A stretch of DNA of 52,815 nt from the NCBI GenBank assembly GCA_031255715.1, contig JAIRRZ010000025.1, forward strand, positions 1 to 52,815. The letters are read 5' to 3'. The first letter of the stretch is position 1. Every line of letters starts with the position of its first letter. This document shows positions 21,218 to 32,063 of the stretch, in pieces. The notes below the pieces were generated by a model. The model had not been told where the DNA came from. It saw only the letters and a list, made by a program, of their open reading frames with translations, and did no database searches. The DNA comes from Puniceicoccales bacterium (GTDB lineage Bacteria; Verrucomicrobiota; Verrucomicrobiia; Opitutales; LL51). A program made the position numbers and the translations under genes.

Positions 21218-21288
21218 AAGCTTACTGATTAAAAAGAAAGATCGCCTCGCGCTCAAGAAAATTAAAATTTTTAGACGTTCGGCCGTGT

Positions 21289-21370
21289 TTTTGTACACCT
21301 GTAGGAAGGCTCTGCCTTCCTACCTTTCAAAGAAAGGTCCCGCGGCACAGCCGCGGACAGGTGTACAAAA
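21289..21370. repeat. 82-nt cloverleaf element with 14-bp terminal inverted repeat (MITE/REP-like)
   Basis: ttttgtacacctgt (21289-21302) / acaggtgtacaaaa (21357-21370) enclosing three triloop hairpins. Confidence 0.8.
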
Positions 21371-21416
21371 CAAACAGCACAATTACACAGCAAAGTACAC
21401 CCATTAAACACATCCA

Positions 21417-22568
21417 TTAAATATTAAATCTTTTTGCCAGTTGTCTCGCCTTACTCCGTACCATCTGATCAACCGCCAAAATTTCTTCGACCGTTGAATA
21501 ATCCCTATTCTCCACCTTTAATAATACATCTTCAATAATCTTAGGAATTGCTTGCAATGCAATTTTTTCTTTCAAGAATAATTCTACTGCTATTTCATTG
21601 GCCGCATTATAGGCAATACGTTTACTCTGTTTACTTCGGGCTACTTCCATCGCTAATCTAAGACAGGGAAATTTTTCAAAATCAGGCCGAAAAAATTGCA
21701 ATTCATTGAGCTGAAAAATATCCAAAGATTGCTCCTGAACATCGATGCGTTCTGGATAAAATAGACAATAACGCGCCGCGTATTTCATCGAAACGGGTGA
21801 CAGCTGCGCTAAAAAACTGCCATCGCAAAATTCAACCAAAGAATGAACCATACAGGCGGGGTGAATGGCCACTTCGATTTGCGCCGGCTCCACACCGAAT
21901 AGATGCATCGCCTCAATAATTTCCAGCCCTTTATTCGCCATCGTCGACGAATCCACGGTAATTTTCTTTCCCATGGACCACTTAGGATGCTGCAATACCT
22001 CTGCAATCGTCGCATTTTCAATTGCTTGGCGATCCTGATTCCAAAACTTCCCTCCGGAAGCCGTCAACCAAAGCCGCCTAATAAAGCGGTTATCGCCGCG
22101 AATACATTGAAAAATCGCATTATGCTCGCTATCAAGAGGCAGGATCATCACCCCTTTAGCTTTGGCTAAATTCATCACCAATTCACCGGCCATAACTAAT
22201 ATTTCCTTATTTGCCAGAATAATTACTTTTTTCCGTTCAATCCCTCGCAATACTGATCGCAAACCACCGACTCCAGCTATTGCAACGACGATCGCATCAA
22301 ATTCCAGCGATTCCACCATGGTGACTAGGCCATTAATTCCACGAAATATTTTTTCGCAAATATTTTGAGGTACGACAATCTGGGAGTTTGTTACGGCTAG
22401 TGCCTGCACAGAAAAATTTCTAACGATTACCTCGGCACATTCGATATTCGAATGACATGAAATACCAACGATTTCAAAATGCTCTTTATAGCAAGCAATT
22501 TCTTCTAAAACCGTCATTCCGACGGATCCGGTTGCTCCGAAGATAATAATGCGTTTTTTCATACTCAT
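21417..22568 (-). CDS. dxr: 1-deoxy-D-xylulose-5-phosphate reductoisomerase
   Basis: GATGSVG, LANKE, PLDSEHNAIFQ, TASGG, HPKWSMGKKITVDS, NAANE. Confidence 0.97.
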   Translation of the reverse strand: MSMKKRIIIFGATGSVGMTVLEEIACYKEHFEIVGISCHSNIECAEVIVRNFSVQALAVTNSQIVVPQNICEKIFRGINGLVTMVESLEFDAIVVAIAGVGGLRSVLRGIERKKVIILANKEILVMAGELVMNLAKAKGVMILPLDSEHNAIFQCIRGDNRFIRRLWLTASGGKFWNQDRQAIENATIAEVLQHPKWSMGKKITVDSSTMANKGLEIIEAMHLFGVEPAQIEVAIHPACMVHSLVEFCDGSFLAQLSPVSMKYAARYCLFYPERIDVQEQSLDIFQLNELQFFRPDFEKFPCLRLAMEVARSKQSKRIAYNAANEIAVELFLKEKIALQAIPKIIEDVLLKVENRDYSTVEEILAVDQMVRSKARQLAKRFNI

Positions 22569-22777
22569 AATCCAATTGACTTTAAAAAAAATTTTAGTTA
22601 CAAGTAACATGCCTTTCGTGAAGCACAACTTTTTTCTGAGATTATTTTTGTTTTTCATCCTCAAATCGTCAATTTCTTTAGATTTTTACTGGCAAAAAAA
22701 ATGAATCAAAATTTTTTAGAAAAACTGAGTAAATTTTACTTGACATTGCTAAAATGATCCGCAAAAGATTCTTCCAT

Positions 22778-23524
22778 ATGGCGGCAAAGTCAAAACCCTT
22801 AATTTTAGTTGTGGAAGATGATAGTGAGTTATCTGAACTCATTGAGAAGCAATTACAAATATCTGGAATGGAAGCTCAAAAATTTTATAATGCTGATGAT
22901 GCATTGCAGTTTTTGCAGCGCTCTTTTTCGAATTTAATGCTTTTAGACTTAAACCTCCCAGGAAAGAATGGTATTTCGCTCCTCGAAGATCTCAAAAAGA
23001 GAAGCATATCTATACCTACCATATTTATTTCCGGTGAAAATCGCGAAGAAATAAAAGTAGCTAGCCTTGAAGCAGGAGGTGATGATTATATAACAAAACC
23101 TTTCGGCTTAAGCGAACTACTGTCAAGGATAACGGCCGTATTACGTCGAACTAGTCGATCTGGAGATACCCAACTAACAGCAAATACGTCATTAACCGAT
23201 GGAACATTTGAGTTTTTGGGTACAGAAGTTGATCCAAGCCGACTTGAAATTCGATTTAAAGATGGTTCCTTCGAAAAGATTGGACGCAAGGAATTTGGAA
23301 TTTTATCTCATTTTGCTCAAAATCCACATCTTATACTTAGTCGTAAAAGTATTATCCATAATGTTTGGGGAGAGCATGCGAATGTAAAAAGCCGTTCCTT
23401 GGATCAGTATATCGTTAAACTTAGAAAAATGTTTAGCGCGCATGGAATCGAAACCGATGATGTCATTCGCACTTCACACGGCATTGGATATACCTATGTT
23501 CCTAAAGTGCAGCCACAGAATTAA
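22778..23524 (+). CDS. OmpR-family response regulator (no kinase adjacent)
   Basis: VVEDD, LLDLNLP, GGDDYITKPF, winged-helix SRSLDQYIVKLRK...GIGY. Confidence 0.93.
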   Translation: MAAKSKPLILVVEDDSELSELIEKQLQISGMEAQKFYNADDALQFLQRSFSNLMLLDLNLPGKNGISLLEDLKKRSISIPTIFISGENREEIKVASLEAGGDDYITKPFGLSELLSRITAVLRRTSRSGDTQLTANTSLTDGTFEFLGTEVDPSRLEIRFKDGSFEKIGRKEFGILSHFAQNPHLILSRKSIIHNVWGEHANVKSRSLDQYIVKLRKMFSAHGIETDDVIRTSHGIGYTYVPKVQPQN

Positions 23525-23530
23525 AAATTT

Positions 23531-23595
23531 TCACAATCGATACGAAGAAAATGTACGAAAGTCTTCTAAGGCATTTTTATAGTATCGATTTGTGA
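23531..23595. terminator. Inverted repeat between convergent genes
   Basis: tcacaatcgatac (23531-23543) and gtatcgatttgtga (23582-23595), one bulge. Confidence 0.4.
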
Positions 23596-23698
23596 TAGAT
23601 CTCTATATATCATATGGTAACATATGGAAATTCGATGGAGGAATGATTTCAATTATTTTTTGAACCGTTTCAAATGTATCTTATGGATGTGTCTTATA

Positions 23699-25072
23699 CT
23701 ATAGATTAAGGGCGAGTTTGTGGGCTGCGATCACGCCATAGTTCATTGCTCCAAGCCACCCGGACATAATAATCCCTACGGATCCTGCATGGTAAAGTCC
23801 TTGAATCTCATCAGAAAGTCCCATTGAAATTTCGAGCCCTTCAAACTTTGTCCCAAAGGACGTTCCGCAAGGATGTCCCGTATATCGAAAAAAAGTTCTA
23901 GGAGTAGCGGCCTCGATATGATCGATTTTCTCACGGATATGAGGAATAAATTGCTCCAAACATCGGATACTATCTTCTATGATACGATTTTTTTCGTACT
24001 GATAATTCGCCGCATCCAAATTGTTCCAATCATCCCAGTGTGCATTCATGGAAGCTACAATGGCATACATTGGCTTTTCGTTTGGTCGAGTTTTAGGGTA
24101 ATAAAGTGAGAACGTACGACTTTCTGTATGAAAATCTTTTAGTTCCTTGCTATCAAAATGTTCACTTTTCGAAGTAAAAATCAAATCGCCGATATCATCA
24201 ATAAATTCCCCAGGTTTAATACCCATGTAAACCTGACAAGAACTATTGTTAACCCGAGTCCTACGAGCCTTTGCTAAAAACTCCGGCGAAAAATGTTCTT
24301 CACCAACAAGATTTTTAATTGTATTTAAAATGTGCGCATTGGATAAAACGGCACGACATTCCACGTTGATTCCATTGACACATACACCAATAATTTGATT
24401 ATTATTTAATAAAATTTTATCAATTTTACTACATTTAAAAATATCAACACCATTGCGCACTAATTCTTCTGTCATTTTTTTTATAAGCAGATCCGTTCCG
24501 CCTTCGAAGGTATAAACGCCTTTGCTCATGAAATTGGAAAACACAATTCCATAGGTAATCGCTTCGTCATCGAGTGTCGATCCATTGGCATAGGCAATAG
24601 GTTCCATCAACAGGCGATGCACATCAGTGCGGCCAGGAAAAAATTCCTCAAAAATATCGCGCGTGCATTGACGATCGTCGTCGTAAAAATTCATCTGTCG
24701 CAATTTAGTGAAAAAGTTTTCAACCATCTCCGGTATAATGTGAAATTTTTCGATCAATATTTTTGTAAAATCTTCACGTGTAAAAGTTGTTTCAATGTCA
24801 AATTGTGGATTGACAAAACGAATACGCTTTAGTTGGACGATGCTATCTGCAATTTCAGATGACCAATATTTTCGACAGGACTTAATCATACCAACAGGAA
24901 ATCCGTGAAGCGAAACATCAAAAATATGATTTTTACGTAAAAAATAGGCTGCGAGACCTCCGAGAATGTAATGCTGTTCGAACAACGCAACTCGATAGTT
25001 TAGCTTTGCCAAATAATTTGCCGCCGTCAATCCCGCTAATCCACTACCGATTACGGCAACATCGTAATGCAT
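23699..25072 (-). CDS. FAD-dependent oxidoreductase, phytoene desaturase-like family
   Basis: [46 protein letters not shown]. Confidence 0.85.
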   Translation of the reverse strand: MHYDVAVIGSGLAGLTAANYLAKLNYRVALFEQHYILGGLAAYFLRKNHIFDVSLHGFPVGMIKSCRKYWSSEIADSIVQLKRIRFVNPQFDIETTFTREDFTKILIEKFHIIPEMVENFFTKLRQMNFYDDDRQCTRDIFEEFFPGRTDVHRLLMEPIAYANGSTLDDEAITYGIVFSNFMSKGVYTFEGGTDLLIKKMTEELVRNGVDIFKCSKIDKILLNNNQIIGVCVNGINVECRAVLSNAHILNTIKNLVGEEHFSPEFLAKARRTRVNNSSCQVYMGIKPGEFIDDIGDLIFTSKSEHFDSKELKDFHTESRTFSLYYPKTRPNEKPMYAIVASMNAHWDDWNNLDAANYQYEKNRIIEDSIRCLEQFIPHIREKIDHIEAATPRTFFRYTGHPCGTSFGTKFEGLEISMGLSDEIQGLYHAGSVGIIMSGWLGAMNYGVIAAHKLALNL

Positions 25073-25242
25073 TCCCGGATACAAATTTTCAACCACAGCA
25101 ATAGATCTAAAAGAGAAGCGCCGATCTTCAAGCAAATGTTACCTATAAACATTGATGTTTCTTTGAACGTTATTTTTGTAAATGTAAATTTTGAGCCGAG
25201 AATTAAAATTTATAAAAAAAATAAATTGACATTCGTGTAAAA

Positions 25243-26073
25243 ATGACCGGCATAACGGGAGAAGAAAAAGATTTAACGGAAACAGATAAGCAAGCACTCA
25301 ATGCAACCATAGAAACAGCTAAAACGAATTTAACCGCCGAAGATCAGTTTGAATTTATCCCCAGAATCATTGATTTTGGGTATTCTATGAGCGTCAATGA
25401 AGCTTCTCCTAAAAACCGTTCTGAGGATATGTCGTATTTAGAATTATTGATACCTAGATTTCTTTTTGGTAAAAATGGAGATAGAACGATAGGGATAGCT
25501 GACTATGAAGAGAATTCACAATTACAAACATACAGGAAGAAGAAAGCAAAAGAAAAAATAAAAGAAGAATTTCTAGAAGAAAAATTGCTAGAAGCAAAAA
25601 ACAATTCCGGGCAGGAACAAGACCAATTAGGCTTAGAAATCATATTTTTAAAAGATGAATTAAAAAAATTAAATGAGGAAATACAAAATAACTTCAGAGA
25701 AAGCGAAAGGCAGATGGATACACTAAGAAAACAGATTGCAGATAAAAGTGAAATATATGAACAAAAATATAATAAAAATGTACAAAATTATGAAAACAAA
25801 TTTGAACAGGACTTTGAAATGAAGTTTGAAACCGATCTGCCAGAGAGAATGGATATAGTCAGAAATCAATATACAATGAAAAAATTTCATGAAGCAAATA
25901 ATACAATGAAAAGAGATATTGGGAAATCCTATCCCGAGACGGTCTTGAAGGAACTCGCACAAATTATGGCTGATTGTCTTTCGGCGGATTACATACAACG
26001 TCCAACAGCTGAAGAGAGTTATGAAACCGTAAGCAATCTTCTTCTTTTTACTGACTGGTCTAACGACCAATGA
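25243..26073 (+). CDS. Protein-kinase C-lobe-like protein with a long charged coiled-coil insert (truncated or pseudokinase)
   Basis: PRIIDFG (subdomain VII), SEDMSYL (IX-like), LAQIMADCLSADYIQRPTAEE (XI); no Gly-loop, VAIK or HRD within the ORF. Confidence 0.55.
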   Translation: MTGITGEEKDLTETDKQALNATIETAKTNLTAEDQFEFIPRIIDFGYSMSVNEASPKNRSEDMSYLELLIPRFLFGKNGDRTIGIADYEENSQLQTYRKKKAKEKIKEEFLEEKLLEAKNNSGQEQDQLGLEIIFLKDELKKLNEEIQNNFRESERQMDTLRKQIADKSEIYEQKYNKNVQNYENKFEQDFEMKFETDLPERMDIVRNQYTMKKFHEANNTMKRDIGKSYPETVLKELAQIMADCLSADYIQRPTAEESYETVSNLLLFTDWSNDQ

Positions 26074-26111
26074 AAAAAGTTACTATTTGCACGAAAAACT
26101 ATGAAATACCA

Positions 26112-27191
26112 CTAAACATAAATTCCACCACCGAGGAGAATGCCTCCTTCGTAAAACGCAACAACTTGGCCACTCGACAACGCTCGCTGTGGCTTTTTAA
26201 ATTCAATAATTGCCTCATCAAAAGAAGTTTTTTCAAAATAAATCTCCTGGTAAGGATCGCGGTAACGTGGCCGACATAGCAAGCTGCAGCGCTCAGGAAA
26301 TGCCCTGTTCGTATAACTCAAATGGTAAACTTTAAATCGATTGTGATATAATTTTTTTTCACTTTCAAAGGCCACTTTTAATTCATTGCGTTCTAAATCC
26401 TTTCCAATCACAACGTAAAAATTGTAATCAGAATTAGAAGGAATATTTAATCCGTGCCGCTGGCCAATAGTAAAATTATGTAAACCCTCATGCTGTCCAA
26501 TAACTTTCCCCTCCGAATTAATAACATTTCCCGATTTTTTTTCAATATAATGGGCTAAAAAATCTTGAATTCTAACCTTCCCAAGAAAACAAATACCCTG
26601 GCTATCTTTCTTGCAAGCTGTCGACAAATCTTTCTTTCCCGCCAATGCACGCACTTCGCCCTTTGTCAAATCGGCAATCGGAAACTCCGCAAACCTAATC
26701 TGCTCTTGCTTTAAATAGGCCAAAAAATAGCTCTGATCCTTATCCTTATCCTTCGGCTCAATTAAATCAAACGTTCCATCCGTATTTTTTCTTTTTTTAC
26801 AATAATGCCCCGTCGCAATCGCAGCACTTCCCATAGCCTTGGCAAATTCCGCTAGAGCTCCAAATTTTACAAATTGATTGCATAAAATATCCGGATTTGG
26901 CGTAATGCCGCTGCGATAGCCATCAATTAGAGGTGTTACAACCCATTTTTTGTAAAAATCAATCATATTAGCAACCTCAAAACGAATTCCAATTCGGTCC
27001 GCTACCTGGCGCGCATCTTTCAAATCCTCCTTCCATGGACAATCTCCCAATGGAATAACCGCATCGTCGCCATGCCAGGTACGCATATAGACACCACATA
27101 CTTCCCTACCCGATTCCTTTGCCAATAAAGCCGCAACCGAACTATCTACACCACCTGACATCGCTACCGTTACTTTCCGAATTCCTTCCAT
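26112..27191 (-). CDS. mnmA: tRNA-specific 2-thiouridylase
   Basis: AMSGGVDSSV, TPNPDILCN, ATGHY, KDQSYFL, KKDSQGICF, TIGQR. Confidence 0.97.
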   Translation of the reverse strand: MEGIRKVTVAMSGGVDSSVAALLAKESGREVCGVYMRTWHGDDAVIPLGDCPWKEDLKDARQVADRIGIRFEVANMIDFYKKWVVTPLIDGYRSGITPNPDILCNQFVKFGALAEFAKAMGSAAIATGHYCKKRKNTDGTFDLIEPKDKDKDQSYFLAYLKQEQIRFAEFPIADLTKGEVRALAGKKDLSTACKKDSQGICFLGKVRIQDFLAHYIEKKSGNVINSEGKVIGQHEGLHNFTIGQRHGLNIPSNSDYNFYVVIGKDLERNELKVAFESEKKLYHNRFKVYHLSYTNRAFPERCSLLCRPRYRDPYQEIYFEKTSFDEAIIEFKKPQRALSSGQVVAFYEGGILLGGGIYV

Positions 27192-27205
27192 ATAGGTAGT
27201 GCAGC

Positions 27206-28456
27206 CTATTCTTTCTCCAAAAATTCAACTAACTTCGGCATCAGATTGCGATCAATTTTTACGGCGTAATGCTTATCATCGGAAATTAAATAGGTTTCAT
27301 TTTTCATAATACCCAACTCAAATTTTAATGTTTCATTAATTTCCAAAACCAATTTCTCACCGTCCCATTCGGAACCCAGTGTGGATTTCTCAATAACATC
27401 CAGAGGACGAATGAGCAATAAATATAATAAAATAGCTTTTTCATCAAAGTTTTCCAACAGACGTAAAACCGTTTCCTTTTCCGAAAGCTTGAAAGCATTC
27501 CATTTTCCAGCCTCATCGCACGATAGAAATAATTTCTCTCCACGATAACTTAACGCAACGGAATGAATTTCTGGAAATAGCGACCGATGACACAAAGATT
27601 GTAAAGGATGATCAAATACTTCATTCGGCGGAATAAAAAAATAGGCCTTGCCATCCCCAAGACAACCCAAATACACATCCCTCTGGGAAACGGCATCAAA
27701 AACTTTTTTTTTCAAATACACACACAACTGTTGCCGACGAATATCACCAATAGTCATTGTTATCTCAAAATTTTTTTTCTCCGCCATTGTACTCTCAAAA
27801 TTAATACGATCACTGCTATCTTTGAGTGAGTTTTTACCAATGAATGGAGAAACTTCCATGGAAACAACATATTCCAAAAATTTTTGTACCGCATCACCAT
27901 CGGCTTCGATGGCAATGGGACTCAAAAATTCCCATCGGCTTCCATTTTTTATTAGAGAAAATTTCTGCTGTGTCCGATGTAAAATCATATCAATTTGGTC
28001 GATTTCTGAAAGCTTTTGTAGGCATAACCGCTGTTCACACCAAAATGCTATCCCTTGTTTTAAAATTTTTAATAGACCCGTTTCACAAAATATATTACTT
28101 TTCTTTTCGTTCGATCTAAAAGTGACCTCTGTCCCATCGGGTTTTTCCAACACAATTTCTGCTTTTGGTGGCAATTCTTTTTCGAAAGCTAAAATTTGAA
28201 AAAATTTTCCCAAAGCAAATGGATTCGCCGGCCAATGAAAAGGTTGCGTTAAATACCAAGTATGATGTGGTTTTTTCTCAATGACAATTGTCTTTTGCTT
28301 GAATGTTATGGAAATTTTTTGAATACTACGCTCCCTATAAAGTTCACCATCGGAAACTGTTTGGGATGCAAAATCTAAATACCGCCACAATTTCCAATTG
28401 AAAATCCATAGTCCAAAAACGACGAAGAGCAAAACCAAAGTATGCATCCATTTCAT
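27206..28456 (-). CDS. DUF4340-like membrane-anchored protein
   Basis: N-terminal TM; repeated W...P...A. units (WYLTQPFHWPAN, WEFLSPIAIEAD); overlaps the end of the GldG-like gene. Confidence 0.55.
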   Translation of the reverse strand: MKWMHTLVLLFVVFGLWIFNWKLWRYLDFASQTVSDGELYRERSIQKISITFKQKTIVIEKKPHHTWYLTQPFHWPANPFALGKFFQILAFEKELPPKAEIVLEKPDGTEVTFRSNEKKSNIFCETGLLKILKQGIAFWCEQRLCLQKLSEIDQIDMILHRTQQKFSLIKNGSRWEFLSPIAIEADGDAVQKFLEYVVSMEVSPFIGKNSLKDSSDRINFESTMAEKKNFEITMTIGDIRRQQLCVYLKKKVFDAVSQRDVYLGCLGDGKAYFFIPPNEVFDHPLQSLCHRSLFPEIHSVALSYRGEKLFLSCDEAGKWNAFKLSEKETVLRLLENFDEKAILLYLLLIRPLDVIEKSTLGSEWDGEKLVLEINETLKFELGIMKNETYLISDDKHYAVKIDRNLMPKLVEFLEKE

Positions 28457-29904
28457 CGCATATTCCTCCGAATACGGATAACTAAATAACTAAACAATAG
28501 AATGCAAATGGGAATTAAAAGTAAAATTATACCAATTTTGAATAACTCTGATTTAGATAAGGTAATTTTGTAATTTTCCGCTGGACGTATTTTAACGGAA
28601 TCGGATATAGATCCCACTCCTTCGAGTAGCCATGTTACCATTGAATTGAATAAAATTTTGTTTCCTAAAACACAAAAGCGATTGTTATTTATGAAATCTG
28701 CACTCCCTATGACCAATAATTTCCCTTGCATTCCCACAGTTTTTTCATCGATCATATGTTCAGATAGAACAGCTACAGATATTGGACCAGCTAAATCTTC
28801 TGAAGGATTATATTGAGGTTTGCGCTGCAAATAATCGAGTTTCGCAAATGTCTTTTCACCGGAAGATAATAGCGGTGTTGTTCGATATTGTTTCACTGGA
28901 GCACCAATGTCAATGCGGACAGGCTGGCATAATCCAAATAGGGCAACTAATTGCATACTGAGCATGGGTTGCGTAATCGGATGCTCCATAAAATTATCAA
29001 TCATATTGTCTCCAGAAATCCCCAAATGATCATTATTACCGATGATTAACATATCGTCGGCTAAAATCCCCCACTCAAAAAATAAATCCTCTAGGCCACA
29101 TATTCTTGGCGGTGAAAGTAGGACCAGAACACGCCCATCCCGCTTCAAAAAATTTCGCAAAACTTGGATTTCCTTTTCTGCAAAATTTGTCTGAGCTCCA
29201 GCAATAATCAGTAGGCGCACATTACTGTCGTCGATCTTCTCCGTCAATTTTACTTTCTCGACCCGATAACCATTTTGGCGCAAAAGCTCTTTGATATTGG
29301 AACTACCATAAAGTGGATGGATATTATCGATATCCATTTCGCCATGGCCCATCGAAAAGAGTATTGTTTTAGTCTCGCGATTGGAAAGTTTCAGAATCTC
29401 ATCGGAAATCATTTGTTCTCCCTTAAACCCAGAAACTACGCCATTTTTAAATTCATAGAGCTCAAAAGCTGGAATAATACGAAAATGCTCTCGACTCGAA
29501 ATCACAATACTGTTGCTAGTAACCACCCCAAATCGCAGAGATAACTCATCCGCCATGCGTTGCTGTTGTACCGTGTCGATAAACTTTACCTTGATCCGAT
29601 GGGGTGCCGCATGTTTATATTCCTTTAACAAATTGCGCAAGTCGTTCACAAAAAAAGGAATAGCATCATCCGGTGATCGTCCATAGAAAAGATAAATTTC
29701 AACGGGATCTTCCAAAATATTGAGTACATTGAGTGAAAATTCTTCGAGTGCAAAATTGTGTTTCTTTTGCCAATCGAAACGGATAAAATGGTACATGGAC
29801 AATATATTGATTGCCACAACAATAAGGGAAACCGTAACTATCCCCAATATTTTGTTCAACAACTTTATTTTCCGTGCCCATTTAAAATCTTCACCAAAAG
29901 ACAT
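28453..29904 (-). CDS. GldG-like ABC-transporter auxiliary protein
   Basis: N- and C-terminal TMs, LLKEY, FKGEQ, GHGE motif, GRVLVLL, LLVIGSADF..N, GN..LF...V.WL. Confidence 0.8.
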   Translation of the reverse strand: MSFGEDFKWARKIKLLNKILGIVTVSLIVVAINILSMYHFIRFDWQKKHNFALEEFSLNVLNILEDPVEIYLFYGRSPDDAIPFFVNDLRNLLKEYKHAAPHRIKVKFIDTVQQQRMADELSLRFGVVTSNSIVISSREHFRIIPAFELYEFKNGVVSGFKGEQMISDEILKLSNRETKTILFSMGHGEMDIDNIHPLYGSSNIKELLRQNGYRVEKVKLTEKIDDSNVRLLIIAGAQTNFAEKEIQVLRNFLKRDGRVLVLLSPPRICGLEDLFFEWGILADDMLIIGNNDHLGISGDNMIDNFMEHPITQPMLSMQLVALFGLCQPVRIDIGAPVKQYRTTPLLSSGEKTFAKLDYLQRKPQYNPSEDLAGPISVAVLSEHMIDEKTVGMQGKLLVIGSADFINNNRFCVLGNKILFNSMVTWLLEGVGSISDSVKIRPAENYKITLSKSELFKIGIILLLIPICILLFSYLVIRIRRNMR

Positions 29905-29943
29905 GGTCGTGGAATCTAGAAAGATTCTAAAATTTTTGAAGAT

Positions 29944-30708
29944 TTATTTTATTTGAATTCCTCCACGCCCTGAATCGGGATGCAGTAATTCACCATTCGC
30001 TAATTCAATGACTAAAAACTCGCCCCGGTCAAAAAAAATCTGAATCGGTGCTTTATAAGTGATTACCTGTTCACCACCCTTCTGTATCGTTCCCGAAAAC
30101 AATTTTGCCCTATCCTCTTCGGAACGTACCATTACCTTAATGTCTCCTTTTGCTGACATAGTAATTTTTTTCTCAACAAGTTCATTAACATCTTCCTGTT
30201 TCGTCATTTCTTTGGGTAGCGAACTGGGTGAAGAAATAGTAATAACAATCACGCATAATAATAAAATGAGCAAAATCACTCCTCCAACCATGCCTACTAT
30301 TTTCATAGCTGCCGCCCGGTTCACAGGAGAAACCTTAGGTCCATTCTGGGATGTACTTTCTCCCTCCACATCATCCGAAAAAGAGGTTTTCACTTTCTCA
30401 AGGTTCACTTCCTGTGTTTTTTTAGCAACCTGAGAGACCATTTCTCGGCGTTTTCGAGAAGATTCCATCGTTTCAAAGGGTTTGACGGGGCACTTGACCA
30501 TCATGTCGTCCAAATTGAGACCCAAAAAATCAGCGTAGGATTTATAGAATCCACGCCTATAAATACCAGGTAAATTAAAATCAAACTTCTCTTCTTCAAT
30601 CGCCTCCAAATATTCCGCTTTAATGTGTATCATTTCCGCTATTTCATCTAGCGAAAGCCCTTTTTCTCGACGCGCTTCAGCAAATAAATTCCCTAAATTT
30701 TTGCTCAT
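29944..30708 (-). CDS. rodZ: RodZ-like HTH / TM / periplasmic-domain protein
   Basis: LGNLFAEARREKGLSL..YLEAIEE..LPGIYRRGFYKSYADFLGL, then a single TM. Confidence 0.8.
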   Translation of the reverse strand: MSKNLGNLFAEARREKGLSLDEIAEMIHIKAEYLEAIEEEKFDFNLPGIYRRGFYKSYADFLGLNLDDMMVKCPVKPFETMESSRKRREMVSQVAKKTQEVNLEKVKTSFSDDVEGESTSQNGPKVSPVNRAAAMKIVGMVGGVILLILLLCVIVITISSPSSLPKEMTKQEDVNELVEKKITMSAKGDIKVMVRSEEDRAKLFSGTIQKGGEQVITYKAPIQIFFDRGEFLVIELANGELLHPDSGRGGIQIK

Positions 30709-31051
30709 ATATCATATGCTATTTTTCATCTACGATGCAACTTCACGCATCTATGCAACCCATTATCGCAAATATGCAATCTTATTTTCATATATAAATC
30801 GCAAAAATAAATAAATGCCAAAAATCCAGATCTAGACACTGTGTATAAATGAAACAAAACATTGGTAAATTTCTAAAGGGTTAAAAAAAATATCCCGCAT
30901 TTTAAATATATCGCTTATGCTCATCTTCTGTCCCAAAGCATCGTCGCTACCTATAAATTTGTCAAGTAAATTTTTCCCTAAAGTAGCTCCCATTTGAAAC
31001 AATTGCTAAATCCGAAAAATTTCCATTTCCCATTCATTTCCTTCACAACCA

Positions 31052-31870
31052 TCATCTTTCTTTCCATTTTTTCGCCATTTTCAAATGGGGAACGGCATCC
31101 ATTAGAGATTGTACATAGCTATTGCTCGAACCACGAAGCATCTCTAAGGATCCAATTTCCAAAAATTTCCCCCGGTGCATAACAATAATGTCATGACACA
31201 AATGAGCAATAACGGCGATATTGTGCGAAACAAATAACATGGCGATATTTTTTTCCCGATTGAGAGTGGTCAACAATTTCAGAATTTGTTTTTGAGCATA
31301 TAAATCGCAAGCACTTACAATTTCGTCGCAAATCAATATCATGGGGTTTACTGCTAAAGCACGCGCAATGGAAATGCGCTGCCGTTGTCCTCCGCTCAAC
31401 TGCGACGGTAAACGCTCGATTAAAGTATCATCCAATTCAACCAATTCCAATAATTCCAAAATGCGTGCTTCCTTTTCTTGGGAACTTAACTCCCCAAAAT
31501 GAATCTCTAATGGCTCTGCTAAAATCTCTTTAACCGTCATTTTGGGATCAAATATGTCGAAAAAGTCCTGAGGAATCATCTGTACTTTCCTGCGATAGGG
31601 AAAAAATTTTCTATCCGAAAATTCCGTAATATCGACCTCTTCGATAAAAATACGACCGCCTTGAATAGGAATAAACTTACAAAGTGCCTTAAGTAAGGAA
31701 GATTTTCCACTGCCACTTTCGCCAACGATTCCCATGATTTTTCCTTGTTCCAGCGACATCGAAACCTCATCAACCGCTCGTATGCCACCACTGCGTCTCA
31801 ATGAAAAAATACGCCTATTTTTATAATGAACAACCAAAGATTCAAATCTTAATACGTTTCCTTTGTTCAT
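31052..31870 (-). CDS. Oligopeptide/dipeptide ABC transporter ATP-binding subunit (OppF/DppF-like)
   Basis: GESGSGKS, LSGGQRQR, ICDE, SHN; no permease adjacent. Confidence 0.9.
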   Translation of the reverse strand: MNKGNVLRFESLVVHYKNRRIFSLRRSGGIRAVDEVSMSLEQGKIMGIVGESGSGKSSLLKALCKFIPIQGGRIFIEEVDITEFSDRKFFPYRRKVQMIPQDFFDIFDPKMTVKEILAEPLEIHFGELSSQEKEARILELLELVELDDTLIERLPSQLSGGQRQRISIARALAVNPMILICDEIVSACDLYAQKQILKLLTTLNREKNIAMLFVSHNIAVIAHLCHDIIVMHRGKFLEIGSLEMLRGSSNSYVQSLMDAVPHLKMAKKWKER

Positions 31871-32063
31871 ACTATCATCTAAAAAACTATTTATTGCAAT
31901 TGATCATTGACGCTTATCTTTGAAAGACGAAATCCATTAACATCAAAAACTCATACAGGTCAAGTTTAGGTTTTAAAAAATCAAAATGCAAATTATGCGT
32001 ACTATGACTAGGGAGAAATACAACTTGACCTTTTAGATTTAGTTTTCAGTTTTTAGTAAAAAT

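Noticed and set aside
21289-21370. Cloverleaf considered as a tRNA
   Set aside because: All loops are 3 nt; no 7-nt anticodon loop, no TTCRA T-loop, no CCA end
23699-25072. Carotenoid biosynthesis implied by the phytoene desaturase-like gene
   Set aside because: No crtB/crtE neighbours; the family includes many non-carotenoid enzymes, so the substrate cannot be assigned
30735-30779. Three ATGCAA direct repeats upstream of rodZ
   Set aside because: Short and unevenly spaced (18 and 21 nt); expected by chance in AT-rich DNA
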